DNA of 34,665 nt. Origin: a bacterium. Its GTDB lineage: Bacteria > Patescibacteriota > Minisyncoccia > Moranbacterales > UBA2206. Below the pieces are notes generated by a model. It did not search any database and had not been told where the DNA came from. It saw only the letters and a program-made list of their open reading frames with translations. Shown piece by piece: positions 34,560 to 34,665 of this stretch (positions within the stretch are counted from its first letter, which is position 1; every line of letters begins with the position of its first letter). The stretch covers positions 1 through 34,665 of the forward strand of contig JAJYJP010000001.1 of NCBI GenBank assembly GCA_021789395.1, written 5' to 3'. A program made the translations under genes and the position numbers.

Positions 34560-34665
34560 AATATCACCTCCTTCTTTAGTTGATTTTAATTTATTAATTT
34601 ATTAAAAAATATGCAATTTTTATTACAAATCCTTTACTTCTTTATTTCTTTCTATTTCTATTTCA

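Noticed and set aside
1-34665. Alternative genetic code (UGA recoded, as in some CPR lineages), CRISPR arrays, tRNA/rRNA genes, transposases/integrases, and toxin-antitoxin or known defence-system genes.
   Set aside because: Well-conserved genes are intact under the standard code, and TGA is used as a genuine stop (for example in cassette genes B and C). I found no repeat-spacer periodicity, no tRNA T-arm-like GTTCGAATC boxes in the intergenic regions, and no nuclease, methylase or recombinase motifs in any ORF.

Overview
The window looks like a compact, gene-dense stretch of a small bacterial genome. The gene content (DUF4012 protein, reduced RNase P RNA, many short membrane or secreted hypotheticals, standard genetic code) suggests a CPR/Patescibacteria-like organism, but that is inference. 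About 33 coding genes lie on the minus strand; only one credible gene, a PrsW-like protease, is on the plus strand.

Contents from left to right:
- A truncated GT4 glycosyltransferase.
- galU.
- A dTDP-rhamnose pathway (rfbA, then glyA, then rfbD-rfbB-rfbC).
- A Wzz-like protein.
- A 476-bp non-coding gap.
- An autonomous three-gene cassette of Sec-signal-bearing proteins with no family I can recognise (7981-10626).
- A proteostasis operon: active PDZ-less HtrA, ClpB, a polytopic membrane protein, and a triad-less HtrA paralog that keeps the PDZ domain.
- Ferredoxin, parvulin PPIase, an FtsB/DivIC-like protein, and lepA.
- A surface-glycan locus: murJ, DUF4012, three GT4 genes, a short Wzz-like protein and a priming phosphoglycosyltransferase.
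- RNase P RNA with its own near-consensus promoter.
- Two glycoside hydrolases flanking the PrsW-like protease, then a cupin and an SPW-repeat membrane protein.

I found no CRISPR array, tRNA, rRNA, transposase or integrase.

The best candidate for an undescribed system is the secreted three-gene cassette and its regulatory hairpin. Other points worth a second look are the split active/dead HtrA pair, a CX3CX2C insertion in RmlD, and a 30-bp closing helix around RNase P RNA.

All functional calls come from reading motifs by eye. No database search was possible.
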